Positions 7,461 to 17,229 of a DNA stretch of 21,429 nt are shown here, piece after piece. The notes under the pieces were generated by a model. The model was not told where the DNA came from, made no database searches, and was given only the letters and a program-made list of their open reading frames with translations. This DNA comes from a virus (lineage: Duplodnaviria > Heunggongvirae > Uroviricota > Caudoviricetes), in IMG/VR virus record IMGVR_UViG_2565956608_000001, positions 1 to 21,429 of that record; one strand, given 5' to 3'. Within the stretch, counting starts at the first letter, position 1, and each line of letters starts with the position of its first letter. A program made the position numbers and the translations under genes.

Positions 7461-8788
7461 TGTCCGTTCCTATAAATGAGTTTCTGACCAGTTTTAGGGT
7501 TCGTTGCCGTCGCGCCTTCTGATATCCCACTTGGCGCAGCTTTTGTCTGCCCATTACCACCTTGTGGTGTAGGCTGCGCTGGGACATCGTCAAATAGCTT
7601 GGCCTTCCTTCTCCCTAAACTTTTTTTCAGCCCCTGAGGAATAGTATCTCCATACGTATCCAGATATTCGTCTACCTGCTGGTTAAACTGCTGCCCCATA
7701 GCGTTGGCGTTAATTTTTGCTGCGTTGACAATGTTATCCCTCGCTTCCTGTGACAAGCCATTCCCTGCATTAAGCTGGTCTACATATCCTTTTATCTGCC
7801 CCCATATGCCATCAGAGCGCATGACCTGAACCTGTTCACCTTCGCGAACAACTGACTGAGGGTCGAGAGACTTCATGTAATTAAAGATAATCCCAAGTTG
7901 GGCAGCGCCAGTATTTACCTTGCTAAGGGCTTGCAGAGAGTTTGCCGCCGCTCTGACAGAGTTATAATTTTTGCCAAAATTGGTAATATCAGAATTTAAT
8001 CCCTTAATTAAGTCTGCTGACGGCTTACCTTTTTGCCCCAGCTCCATTAGCTTCAATCCCATCTCATCTGAGTGCATTTGTGCCCGCTGAGCCCTGTCTA
8101 GTTGAGCGTTTTGGATATTTGCCCATCCTCTCGCATTCTCCATGTCAGCCTGACGGATGCTTTCATCCAATCGCCCTTGCTCAAGTCGACGCCCCTCCAT
8201 TCGATCTTTGATATCGAAATACTTCTCATGGCCGAGAGAAAATAGTGCCAGATTACCTGCAAAGTGCTGGAAGCCCTGCGGGTCATTAACCTGCATTTCA
8301 GCAATAGTTTCTGGAGGGATACCTAAACGACGCATCTCCTTTTCGCTATCCATCATAAACCTGCCAAATGCACCCGGACCAAGCGACGAAGCTACCTGAG
8401 CCTTGAGCGCCAGATTGCCAAAATCATCCCGCTGGGCGTCATCGACATACCCCATGCCTTTACGGACTTCCTCAAACTCTTCGGGGAATGCTGTAATAAG
8501 ATTACGCATCTGCTCCCTGTCGCCGGACGCATAAGCATCCGCATAACCTTTCTGGAATGCCGCTTTACGCTCCTGCTGTTGCTGCTGCTTATAAATATCA
8601 GCAACTCCAGCCAGACCACGTAACGCGGTCAGACCAACGTTATTTGCACCTGATCGAGCCAGTTCATTGTTTTCGCGAATCAGACCAAGCGTTGCGTTAA
8701 TGTCGCTTGCCTTTGGCGCATTCTCATTTTGCGCACCAATTCCAGCCAGAAAACCACCAGAATTAATACCCTGTTGCCACGTAGCCAT
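7445..8788 (-). CDS. Ejection protein, P22 gp20-like
   Basis: A 447-aa ORF in the gp20 position whose 3' end overlaps the gp16 start by 16 nt. Assignment by synteny and size. Confidence 0.7.
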   Translation of the reverse strand: MATWQQGINSGGFLAGIGAQNENAPKASDINATLGLIRENNELARSGANNVGLTALRGLAGVADIYKQQQQQERKAAFQKGYADAYASGDREQMRNLITAFPEEFEEVRKGMGYVDDAQRDDFGNLALKAQVASSLGPGAFGRFMMDSEKEMRRLGIPPETIAEMQVNDPQGFQHFAGNLALFSLGHEKYFDIKDRMEGRRLEQGRLDESIRQADMENARGWANIQNAQLDRAQRAQMHSDEMGLKLMELGQKGKPSADLIKGLNSDITNFGKNYNSVRAAANSLQALSKVNTGAAQLGIIFNYMKSLDPQSVVREGEQVQVMRSDGIWGQIKGYVDQLNAGNGLSQEARDNIVNAAKINANAMGQQFNQQVDEYLDTYGDTIPQGLKKSLGRRKAKLFDDVPAQPTPQGGNGQTKAAPSGISEGATATNPKTGQKLIYRNGQWQPM

Positions 8789-8798
8789 TGATTACCCC

Positions 8799-9488
8799 TT
8801 AAAACAACGAGCCAAGCAGACCAAGACCAGCACCGATACCAGCACCCCACGGAGTTGATAGCTCGAGAGCACTGGCTATGCCACCACCCAAAAGCGCACC
8901 GGATGCAGCACCACTAACACCCTGCCGCAATGCTGACGGTCGGTTGGCGTTTGCCGCTGCAAGAGCCGCGCTTTGCTGTGAAATCTGGCTCATGTTGTTG
9001 GCATATGTCTGCCCGGCGTTTGCCTGCCCCTGAAGAGCGCCAAGACCGATATTTGCCAGGTTGTTGTAATTGTTCATTTGTCCAGACAGCCATTGCTGAC
9101 CAAGCGTTGGTGCGATTGTTGCTAACTGATTACTGGTTGCGGTGGAACCCAATCCACCTGTTGCTTCCGCTGCCGCCAGACTCTGATAGCGAGCCTGACC
9201 AGCAAGATCTTTGTACTGCTGAGAGTTGTAATACTGGTTAAGTGCCTGACCTTGCCCTTCCAGAGACGATAAGTTCTCAAGGCTGCCGACATGCTTCCCA
9301 GCCAGAGGAGTAAACGGCTTCAGGTTGTTCATGATGGTATTGAACTGCTGATTTTGCAGGTCTGCGGCATACTTCTGAGCTTCTGCGGCATACTTTGCAC
9401 TTTTATCAGAGCCACCTTTCCCGCCCTTTTCAGGGCAATAAGGTTCCTCGCCGCGCAGTTTTCTGCCCAGCTTAAATGCATATAACAT
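8799..9488 (-). CDS. Ejection protein, P22 gp7-like
   Basis: A 229-aa ORF, the same length as P22 gp7, starting MLYAF.LGRKLRGEEP as I recall for gp7. It has a Gly/Ala-rich hydrophobic C-terminus. Confidence 0.75.
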   Translation of the reverse strand: MLYAFKLGRKLRGEEPYCPEKGGKGGSDKSAKYAAEAQKYAADLQNQQFNTIMNNLKPFTPLAGKHVGSLENLSSLEGQGQALNQYYNSQQYKDLAGQARYQSLAAAEATGGLGSTATSNQLATIAPTLGQQWLSGQMNNYNNLANIGLGALQGQANAGQTYANNMSQISQQSAALAAANANRPSALRQGVSGAASGALLGGGIASALELSTPWGAGIGAGLGLLGSLF

Positions 9489-9490
9489 GG

Positions 9491-9946
9491 CTATCTCCCG
9501 TGATTCAGGAAGTCGATTAGTTCTTCGCGTGTGGCGCTGTAAAACGTCACGTCATCCACGCCTTTGAAGTATTTCTTGATGGTTCCTACACGCTTAAGGC
9601 CAATCATTGCGCAGTACATCTGCCCGTGGCGGAATTTGCGTGCAGCGAACGATGTGACGCACTGAACGGTGGTGTTAGTCAGAATGTATCGCCAGAACGC
9701 CACCCCGATTTCCTTGCTGAATCCGCGAACCTCTGGCAGGTACATGGCGTGGCAATCGAATGTAAGCGGCTGAATCTCCTGATAGTAAACAATGCCGCCA
9801 AACTGACCGTGCACGTTAACCTCAAAGTAACGGCAATCATGTTTATAGTCGTATCCATCACCGTTGTTGCTTCCGGCAATAATGTCAGGGTGATTTCCGA
9901 CAGCTTCTATCAGGTCGATGTTTCGCGTTGGTTTGAATGTAATCAT
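9491..9946 (-). CDS. P22 gp14-like ejection/head-assembly protein
   Basis: A 151-aa ORF in the gp14 position. Its ATG overlaps the gp26 stop in an ATGA arrangement. Assignment by synteny. Confidence 0.7.
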   Translation of the reverse strand: MITFKPTRNIDLIEAVGNHPDIIAGSNNGDGYDYKHDCRYFEVNVHGQFGGIVYYQEIQPLTFDCHAMYLPEVRGFSKEIGVAFWRYILTNTTVQCVTSFAARKFRHGQMYCAMIGLKRVGTIKKYFKGVDDVTFYSATREELIDFLNHGR

Positions 9947-10647
9947 CAGTCAATCAGCCCATGTAATCTAAGTGCTGTTTCAAGCGCCAGAATACGCTGC
10001 CGCGCCTGCTCCAAACCTGTAGCGATAGCTGCGACTTCGGATTGTGTGTACGTAGTGCCGACCGTGTATGACTGGTTAGCGTTGAATGAGCCAAGAAGAG
10101 GTGTACCTGTGGCTGCAGTCCATCCGGTATTTCTTGCTCCAACAACCTGAATTCCATCAACTGAATATGATGTTTTTACATCCAGTGGTGACGCAAGAGA
10201 CTGCGATTCTGTTACGGTTTTCGATACGTAATCACTCTTAATGTCAGATACATCGCTTTCTACGCCATCCAGTCTTTGGTCAACAGTGACCAGATGCGCC
10301 TGAATATCGATAACCTCATCCAGCAAGTAATCAACATCGCTACGCAGTACGACTATCTTCCCTTCGGCGGTTGTTAACCTGACCTCAAGGAGATTTATCG
10401 CTTTTGTGTTTGCGGTGATTCTTGCATCGTGGTCAGCCAGTTCGACATCCTGTTCATCGTTTTTCACCTGAGCATCGTAAGCGCCCTGACCAGCCTGATT
10501 TGCCTTCCCGGCAATTGCGCCGACATCAGCCCCCTGATTAATGACATACAGCAGGTAAGACTGGCTGAATATATTGCGTGGAAGGATTGATGTATCGAGC
10601 CGCGTCGCCTGCACAATAACAGGGGTGTTGAGATTCGAATCAGCCAT
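9946..10647 (-). CDS. Tail needle protein, P22 gp26-like (233 aa from ATG 10647)
   Basis: From the internal Met the translation is [77 protein letters not shown]..., matching my recollection of the P22 gp26 N-terminus. The ATG overlaps the gp10 stop (TAATG). The longer 267-aa ORF in the track overlaps gp10. Confidence 0.85.
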   Translation of the reverse strand: MADSNLNTPVIVQATRLDTSILPRNIFSQSYLLYVINQGADVGAIAGKANQAGQGAYDAQVKNDEQDVELADHDARITANTKAINLLEVRLTTAEGKIVVLRSDVDYLLDEVIDIQAHLVTVDQRLDGVESDVSDIKSDYVSKTVTESQSLASPLDVKTSYSVDGIQVVGARNTGWTAATGTPLLGSFNANQSYTVGTTYTQSEVAAIATGLEQARQRILALETALRLHGLID

Positions 10648-12065
10648 TACTCGATCCTTATCTGAGCGCCAGACAGAGTGACAGGTGACTTCGTGATAAC
10701 GCGCAATTTGAAGCCGACATTTTTCCTGATGCGCCCTACTCGCTTCCACAAAACGCGTTTGTCGTAAACGAACGGTTCATTCTGCTCAATCATCTGCTCA
10801 CGTCCGTAATTGATGCCGTCAGTGGTTGCAGAGAGGAACAGGCGGTCAGCGTACTGAGCGACACCAGTCGATGATTCAACTTCCAGATCAAAACATCTGG
10901 CGTTCTCAGCTTTGAAGAGTGGTGTAAACAACAGGTGTTCTTGCTGTAGCCCATACTGGCTGCTGATATCGAACTGCAATTTGCCGATAACCGATTCCAG
11001 CTTATCTCCGCACGTTATCTGATTGCCTTCGTAAATGAAGTCGATAGCGCGGTACACATCGTCATACAAGCCTGTTTTCAGCACACACCATTGCGGACCA
11101 TTAGCGCTTGAAGATGCGTCATATACTAGGACGTGGCGCGGAAGGTGGATAATCAGCAACTCATGAGCATCAAAGCGCAACGATTCCATCACGCCATCAG
11201 CCAGTTCATCAGCAGTGTAGGAGCGGAGGATTTTCTCAATGCTCGCGCTGGCGATTGGTGACACCTGACCGGAACCGATGATGTACACAGACGGCGCACC
11301 CGTTGCCGGATTGCTGATGAACGCATACGAATCAGCAAACGGCGTTTTGCAGTAGGTTCCGGCAATTCCTTTCTGCACCATCAGTGATGGCTGTGCGACA
11401 TACAACGCGGCACCAACGGTGGTTGCGCCAGTCAGGGAGAAATATTCAATCGTTGATGAACCAAAGCATACGATGAAGTCTCGCCATGTTCCGATGCCGA
11501 TGATGCCGTCAGGCTGCGATTCTGCGCGATATTGTGCGCTGTAGCGGTCAGGATGAGATTCGTCTTCAAGGTCAGTGATAAACCATGAATCAGTACCGTC
11601 TTTTGACCACGCATAACGCCCACGTAATCGCGTAATGTCGCGGACTGAGCCTAACTCATACTGCGTGAATCCGCTGTCTGTAGGCCAGTTTGAGACGGTT
11701 TTAACCGTACCATCATAGCGATACTCGACCAGTTGACCATTAACGCCTACAGCCTGAGATGTTCGACCATGCGCCATTGATACGCGACCACTTCCGGCGA
11801 CGTCACCGACTTCACTTTCTCCTTTGTACAGCTTACCACCACATACGCGATAAACAGCATTCTGCGCCATGTTGTACTCGACGCCCCGCGATACGCCGTT
11901 CACATCAGAACGTTTGGCAATGCCCGGGAATGAGCGAAGATATCCGCTGCTGTTGAGTATTTCTTTGGGCGTAGCCAGCATATTCACTGGCAGATAGTCG
12001 ATATAGTCGGCGTTTCGAAAGTCTTTGCCGACACCTTTCATAAGCGGAAGTTGCTGAATCGGCAT
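10647..12065 (-). CDS. Tail accessory / head-completion protein, P22 gp10-like
   Basis: A 472-aa ORF, the same length as P22 gp10, beginning [49 protein letters not shown]. Confidence 0.85.
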   Translation of the reverse strand: MPIQQLPLMKGVGKDFRNADYIDYLPVNMLATPKEILNSSGYLRSFPGIAKRSDVNGVSRGVEYNMAQNAVYRVCGGKLYKGESEVGDVAGSGRVSMAHGRTSQAVGVNGQLVEYRYDGTVKTVSNWPTDSGFTQYELGSVRDITRLRGRYAWSKDGTDSWFITDLEDESHPDRYSAQYRAESQPDGIIGIGTWRDFIVCFGSSTIEYFSLTGATTVGAALYVAQPSLMVQKGIAGTYCKTPFADSYAFISNPATGAPSVYIIGSGQVSPIASASIEKILRSYTADELADGVMESLRFDAHELLIIHLPRHVLVYDASSSANGPQWCVLKTGLYDDVYRAIDFIYEGNQITCGDKLESVIGKLQFDISSQYGLQQEHLLFTPLFKAENARCFDLEVESSTGVAQYADRLFLSATTDGINYGREQMIEQNEPFVYDKRVLWKRVGRIRKNVGFKLRVITKSPVTLSGAQIRIE

Positions 12066-12074
12066 TTATTCACC

Positions 12075-12536
12075 TCACGTACTCGGTTCATCTTTCTCGA
12101 TGTAAAACCGATTCCACGTAAACGCGCTTTTGTTACCACTACCGCGAGGCATGTCATTTCGCCGCTCAAGTGGTGGTATTTTGGTTAAAGCGATGCAGAT
12201 TGTCTGATATGCGCTGTCAGCAGCGGTAAGGAGAGCATCCGACGGCTGAATGACGTTATCCATGCACACTTGCACAGCGAGTTTCAAAGCGACGCCATCA
12301 TTTGCCCATGCAGGGATACCTGAATCATCGTCAGGTAACGGCATGATGCCGTTTTCTGTATCAGCAAACTGATATCCAAGCTCGATACCTTTCGCCTGCC
12401 ATGCTGCCATCATGTCTTCGAGGTCATTAATGGCATCTTCAATTGCCTGAGGGTCGGCATCTGTCAACGTGGCATTGGAATACAGCCCGGCTTTTCGTAA
12501 AGCCTTTAGAACGAGATCACCCTTCGTTTTCGCCAT
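12075..12536 (-). CDS. Tail accessory factor, P22 gp4-like
   Basis: A 153-aa ORF beginning MAKTKGDLVLKALRKAGLYSNATLTDADPQAIEDAINDLEDMMAAW, similar to the P22 gp4 N-terminus (..KTKGDLV.AALRK.G...ATLTD..PQ...DA.DDLEAMMAEW). Confidence 0.85.
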   Translation of the reverse strand: MAKTKGDLVLKALRKAGLYSNATLTDADPQAIEDAINDLEDMMAAWQAKGIELGYQFADTENGIMPLPDDDSGIPAWANDGVALKLAVQVCMDNVIQPSDALLTAADSAYQTICIALTKIPPLERRNDMPRGSGNKSAFTWNRFYIEKDEPST

Positions 12537-12705
12537 CTTCTTCCGCCTTAGCCACTTTTTGCTTCGTTGCGGTTTCTTCAGGAGTTTTTACCCAGCCTTT
12601 TTTCAGGTGAGATTTAACTTCTTCGTCATCAACGATGATGTAATCCAGCGAGTGGGGGCCGCAGGTGATCATCGATCCCGGCTTATAAAGCATGATTTGA
12701 GACAT
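12517..12705 (-). CDS. Hypothetical 62-aa protein between coat and gp4
   Basis: MSQIMLYKPGSMITCGPHSLDYIIVDDEEVKSHLKKGWVKTPEETATKQKVAKAEEDGENEG, with a GGAG RBS directly upstream. It lies just after the coat terminator. The longer 118-aa track ORF extends into the coat gene in another frame. I do not recall a gene at this position in P22. Confidence 0.5.
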   Translation of the reverse strand: MSQIMLYKPGSMITCGPHSLDYIIVDDEEVKSHLKKGWVKTPEETATKQKVAKAEEDGENEG

Positions 12706-12714
12706 TTCGATCTC

Positions 12715-12742
12715 CAAAAAAAAAGAGGGGCCGAAGCCCCTT
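12715..12742 (-). terminator. Rho-independent terminator immediately downstream of the coat gene
   Basis: The minus-strand RNA reads GGGGC-UUCG-GCCCC followed by UCUUUUUUUUU: a GC stem with a UUCG tetraloop and a 9-U tract (plus-strand A-run 12716..12724). Confidence 0.8.
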
Positions 12743-12745
12743 GGA

Positions 12746-14005
12746 TTACTGGTTAGCCAATACCAGGCCGGTGAATTCCGGGACCAGTACGCTTGCGCCA
12801 GCCAGCGTGGTGAAGCGAGTCCACGTTTTGCCAGATTTAGCGTCGAATTGGTAAGCCATGATGATGGTCGCACCCTGCTCGGTCGTTGCGGTCATAACCT
12901 GCGGACCCTGGCCGGTAGGGAATGCCAACTTGCCATACATCAGCTCAACAGAACCCTCAGCGAAGAAGATGTTGGAAGCCGCAGCCTTCTTGTTGAGGAT
13001 GTTGATCTTCGCGCTATTCTTCGGATTGGCGGTAACGTTCTGGTAAGGAATAGACGCCTTATCCGCGTTGTCTGGTGGCAGAATTTTCGGGCTGATGGTA
13101 ACGGTAGTGCCTTTTACATCCAGGACGCGGAATACCTGCGGCTGACCTGTATCCACCTTCTTGATCATGTGGACACTGTTAACGCCTTCGATAGTGAATG
13201 CATCACCGACAGCCAGTACGTTCTCAGCGGATACGGTGATATCACCCTGGCGGTTATCGGTAGGCGCTCCGTTGGAATCCATCGCGGTAACTTTATGTGC
13301 TACTGCGCCGCCGAGAGTTACAGCGGTAGCTGAACCAGCCTTCATTGCGCCAGCATAATCAACGCGGAAACTGTCGAAGGATGCCACAGGTGGAATCTGA
13401 GCTTTCTCATAGGCTGTCAGAGTTGCACCGACCGCATATGCGCGAGAGCCAAGCTCCTTAGCCAGGTCTTTGTAGTTGAACGGGTTGTAGAACGCCTTGC
13501 GCTGACCACCCTGAGGCACACCAATGGACAGCATCATTGCATCAACGTCAGCCGATGCGTTCCAGAGTTCTTCGCCGAGAGTGCTACCGGTGGACGCCGA
13601 TTTAATGGTGACCACGTTGGTGGAGCGAGCGACCACCTCATCGACGATCATGTTATCAACCCACGCCGCCAACTGGCGACCCGCCGCCTTGCCAGCCTGC
13701 TCTTTGTGCCACGGATCGCGCATTTCTTTTGCGTCCAGTTCGTAGATGACGTTCTCTGGCTCGCGGAAGCGAGCAGGCACCTGACGCTGAACGAGTGAGT
13801 TTGCAGTGGCCGAAGTCAGATCAAGTCCGCTCACGGTTTTCAGGTGGTAGCCCTGAGGGCGATAAACAACGTCGCCAGCGCGCTGCATTTCAATGTCGCC
13901 CGGTCGGAACTTGCTGCACTCGCGGGAAACGACATTGGACGCCTCAAAACTATCAATGACGCTCTCAAAGAGGATTTCGAGGTCTTTTGTTAACTGGTTA
14001 GACAT
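12746..14005 (-). CDS. Major coat (capsid) protein, P22 gp5-like
   Basis: A 419-aa ORF between scaffold and gp4, with a GGAG RBS and a strong terminator after it. It has only weak local similarity to P22 gp5 as I recall it, so the call is by position and size. Confidence 0.8.
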   Translation of the reverse strand: MSNQLTKDLEILFESVIDSFEASNVVSRECSKFRPGDIEMQRAGDVVYRPQGYHLKTVSGLDLTSATANSLVQRQVPARFREPENVIYELDAKEMRDPWHKEQAGKAAGRQLAAWVDNMIVDEVVARSTNVVTIKSASTGSTLGEELWNASADVDAMMLSIGVPQGGQRKAFYNPFNYKDLAKELGSRAYAVGATLTAYEKAQIPPVASFDSFRVDYAGAMKAGSATAVTLGGAVAHKVTAMDSNGAPTDNRQGDITVSAENVLAVGDAFTIEGVNSVHMIKKVDTGQPQVFRVLDVKGTTVTISPKILPPDNADKASIPYQNVTANPKNSAKINILNKKAAASNIFFAEGSVELMYGKLAFPTGQGPQVMTATTEQGATIIMAYQFDAKSGKTWTRFTTLAGASVLVPEFTGLVLANQ

Positions 14006-14025
14006 AGGTATTTAGCTCCGATGGA

Positions 14026-14922
14026 TTATTTTTTAGCTTTGTTCTTCGCCGCCCGGTATTCGGTGTAATCACCGGTGTCGCGCGCTTTTTCGAGAAGTTT
14101 GTCGAGGTTATTGATTACTGCGCCGTTGCTCCCCTTAACTGTCGGGGTTGTGGCTGCCGTGGTTTTTGCTTTTGGCATGATTCTGGCCTTCGATTCGATA
14201 CGTTCCAGCAGACGACCAATTGCTACGGGGTTGGTAGCTTCTGCCAGTTGCTTGCGCAGTTCAGCGTTGCGACCGAGTGCCAGAACAACGATTTCCGGCT
14301 TCTCTGACTCAAGAAGGATCATGTCCTGAATGTGAACAGGAACATCTTCGCGTACAGCCTGCTCTGCATCCTGGTAACCAGCCACTTTCAGTGCTTTTAC
14401 TCTATGCATGTAATTGGCTGCTTTCTGCTGAAGCGTTGCGGTACGCGCCTCTTCCTCTCGTTTCCGCTCTCGTACTTGCTCCTGGTATTTGCCGTTGTCC
14501 TCCGCCCACTTAGCCATGCGTTGCTGGTAGATTTCTTCATCGAAACCGATGTCCTCATCATCCAGTTTTGGCATTCGCGGTGGTTGAGTGATTACCGGCT
14601 GCTGCTCGACGGGTTTCTGAGACTGACGCATCAGCTCTTTCAGCTCGCGGTCCTTCTCTTTAATCGTCTTGCGCAGGTGTTTTACCAGTCCATGCTCTGC
14701 GCCATCTTCGCTGGTTGGCGAATCCAGCTTTTCGTCACCAAAGTAGAATTCCTGTTCTGATTCGTCGTCATCAGTTTCAGTAGCTTCCTCTGCATCATTT
14801 CCGGAGGGCTTACAGCCATCTTCTGTTTCGACTTCTTCAGCCAGTTCGACATCATCAGGAATCTGCTCTGATGTATCGGTTTCTATTTCAACTTCTGGTG
14901 TGTTTTCTGCCATCTGGTCCAT
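14026..14922 (-). CDS. Scaffolding protein, P22 gp8-like
   Basis: A 298-aa ORF with a highly acidic N-terminus, a charged helical middle and a basic C-terminal helix-rich end (..LLEKARDTGDYTEYRAAKNKAKK), in the gp8 position. Confidence 0.8.
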   Translation of the reverse strand: MDQMAENTPEVEIETDTSEQIPDDVELAEEVETEDGCKPSGNDAEEATETDDDESEQEFYFGDEKLDSPTSEDGAEHGLVKHLRKTIKEKDRELKELMRQSQKPVEQQPVITQPPRMPKLDDEDIGFDEEIYQQRMAKWAEDNGKYQEQVRERKREEEARTATLQQKAANYMHRVKALKVAGYQDAEQAVREDVPVHIQDMILLESEKPEIVVLALGRNAELRKQLAEATNPVAIGRLLERIESKARIMPKAKTTAATTPTVKGSNGAVINNLDKLLEKARDTGDYTEYRAAKNKAKK

Positions 14923-15012
14923 TTGTTACCCCTGTTTACTCGATGTTCAGCCCATCGGAAGGCAATAGGGTGCCAGGCCTCATAAAGACAGCCATTGCAC
15001 GTTATTGGTTAA

Positions 15013-17229
15013 TTACTGCTGTGATTGTTGCTGGGTTGATTTTTGCAGGATGCTGCTGATGTCCATTCGTTGTGCATGGCCCTGTGCCTGACTTTTCAGG
15101 ACAAGCTCTGCATCAGCACGGGCGTTATCTCCTTGCTGTTGCTGGAACTGTCCGAGCAGTTTCAGAGCCTCGCGGATATCAGATTTCTGCTGGCTATCGG
15201 CAGATGCGAGGATTTTCACAACATTTGCCGCAGCAACCTGAGCATCCGTCTGTGCCTGGAATGCTTTAACCTGAATAGCTGCCTGTTCGTTCTGCGCTTT
15301 CTGCAATTCAGCCTGACCAGCAAGAAGTTGACCTTGCGCTGCAACCATAGCCGGATCTGGCTGACTGGCCTGTTGTTGTTTCGCCTGTTCAACCATCTGC
15401 TGTTCTTCAGGCGTTCTCGGCTTGATAACGCCAGACAGAAGCAACTGATTGCGGTTGTATTCTTTAAGGTCGTCCATCCCTTCGCCGTCCATATTGTCGA
15501 GAATCATCGACGATACAAGGTCGTGCTTCTGCGTTCCTGGTGGGATAAGTGCCAGCATGGAAAGTAACGACTTAACCGTTGCATCACGACGAGTAGCGAA
15601 CGACTGACCGACATCGACAGTCACTTCATAGTTGCCCTGCGAAAGGTCATTAAGCGCGATAACCTGCCCTGTCTGACGGTCAACCACTTCACCAGTCATC
15701 AGCGCCACGTCATCGCTGCCGTCCTCATTAACGATACGCATCGGCGTATCACTGCCATAGACCTCACGCGCCATAGAAAGCCACACAACGCCAGCGCGAC
15801 GCATGGATTTAGCCATGTTGTCCATGTAGATATAGGACTGCGTGTCCATCCGGTTAAAGATGCTATCAACGGTATCGGTGGCGACGTTGCTCGGCATGTT
15901 CTCAAGCTGCGACGCACCTGTAATTTGCTGAATAGCAGTTCCGGTGTACTGCAATAGCCCGGCAAGAGCAGGAGGCATTTGTGTTGTAGGTGTATAACTG
16001 CTGACCTGAGCCTGCGCAGTAATATCTCCGTTTTTGTTTTTCAGACTGACCATCGGCAGGAACGCCGGGCGCTTTTTGTTGCGCTCCGCCCAATGAGTGG
16101 CAAGAGGACCAGGAATCATGTCAACATCAACTACAGGAATGCCATCGCCGCCAGCCTGAGTAGCGTTATCTGCAATCATGGAAACCATCAGGTTCTCAAG
16201 ACGCTGTGCATCCATCGCTTTTGCTGCGTGGCCTTCGATTCGCTCCTGATTATCAACAAATGAACGACGCCCATATACCGGGATGAGAGGAATATGTTCG
16301 CCCGGAATACGCTTCGGTTCTTCCAGCCATTCAGCGCCAGACAGAAGACCGCAATAAACTCGGCGTTTCTTCACTGTCCGCTCACCAATCAGTTCGAATG
16401 CGCCATCGGTCAGCTCGTCGACAATATCTTTGATTTGATCTTCATCATAGATTGCCGTTTCTCCGCTAACAGGGTTACGCCATGCTGTGAGCTTCACCTT
16501 CTCTACGCGAACTTCGTAGTAGCGTCCAACATAGATGGCGTCAGGCGTTGACCAGTCATACTGAGTACCAGTGTCATCACGAGAAAGGCTTGCCGCGATG
16601 GAATCAGGGTATTCAGCCTCGAACGCTTTAGGCGTCATGGAGAACATTTCCATAGCCCACATAGCATCAGAGCGGTCATATTGCTTGCTGTCCTGATCGA
16701 AGAAAACGCATGTCGCTGGGTCGTAAACAGGAAGAAGGCTGATGCGTCGCTGCTCGTTACTTGGGTCCATTTCATCTTCGTAATCGGCACACATGCGGAA
16801 ACAACCGAATCCGCCCGTTACAGCATCATCAAATGCGTTATCACACGCTTCGCCACCGGATGTTTCCTGATAGTCAGCGCGGAATTTGCCGTTCATCTTT
16901 TCGGCTAACGCTTCCGATGCCTTGTCATCCTTCGGCCTGAATTTAACGCTGATGCGATTCTGTCGATACTCGCCAATGATGCGATCACATTCACGGGCAA
17001 TCTTATTCAGTTCAAAGCGCGGGTAATGCTCAAACCTGCCTTCATCAAATGAGTAACCAGCGTTTGTGCTGCCTTCCCACTGTGCGCCGGACACCCGGAC
17101 GAAACGTTGAGCCTCAATAATCTGCTCTCGCATATCCTGCGTTGCTGACCAGGCATTATCAAAGTTGCACAGCACCTTGCGATGCCAGTCAGTCATCTTT
17201 CTATCATCAGCCATCATCCAACTCCGCAA
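15013..17229 (-). CDS. Portal protein, P22 gp1-like
   Basis: A 738-aa ORF. Its C-terminal region (..TPEEQQMVEQAKQQQASQPDPAMVAAQGQLLAGQAELQKAQNEQ..DARADAELVLKSQAQGHAQRMDI..) resembles the P22 portal C-terminal barrel. It follows terL. Confidence 0.85.
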   Translation of the reverse strand: MRSWMMADDRKMTDWHRKVLCNFDNAWSATQDMREQIIEAQRFVRVSGAQWEGSTNAGYSFDEGRFEHYPRFELNKIARECDRIIGEYRQNRISVKFRPKDDKASEALAEKMNGKFRADYQETSGGEACDNAFDDAVTGGFGCFRMCADYEDEMDPSNEQRRISLLPVYDPATCVFFDQDSKQYDRSDAMWAMEMFSMTPKAFEAEYPDSIAASLSRDDTGTQYDWSTPDAIYVGRYYEVRVEKVKLTAWRNPVSGETAIYDEDQIKDIVDELTDGAFELIGERTVKKRRVYCGLLSGAEWLEEPKRIPGEHIPLIPVYGRRSFVDNQERIEGHAAKAMDAQRLENLMVSMIADNATQAGGDGIPVVDVDMIPGPLATHWAERNKKRPAFLPMVSLKNKNGDITAQAQVSSYTPTTQMPPALAGLLQYTGTAIQQITGASQLENMPSNVATDTVDSIFNRMDTQSYIYMDNMAKSMRRAGVVWLSMAREVYGSDTPMRIVNEDGSDDVALMTGEVVDRQTGQVIALNDLSQGNYEVTVDVGQSFATRRDATVKSLLSMLALIPPGTQKHDLVSSMILDNMDGEGMDDLKEYNRNQLLLSGVIKPRTPEEQQMVEQAKQQQASQPDPAMVAAQGQLLAGQAELQKAQNEQAAIQVKAFQAQTDAQVAAANVVKILASADSQQKSDIREALKLLGQFQQQQGDNARADAELVLKSQAQGHAQRMDISSILQKSTQQQSQQ

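Noticed and set aside
9946-10749. The 267-aa extended gp26 ORF
   Set aside because: Its first 34 codons overlap the gp10 3' end in another frame. The P22-like gp26 N-terminus ([10 protein letters not shown]...) begins at ATG 10647, which is coupled to the gp10 stop.
12517-12873. The 118-aa ORF overlapping the coat gene 3' end
   Set aside because: Its N-terminal 56 codons lie inside the coat CDS and across the terminator. The internal ATG at 12705 with a GGAG RBS gives the plausible 62-aa gene.
14923-15012. The 90-nt scaffold-portal intergenic region as a structured regulatory RNA
   Set aside because: Only short 4-5 bp hairpins are visible and none is followed by a U-tract, which is too weak to call without folding or comparative data.
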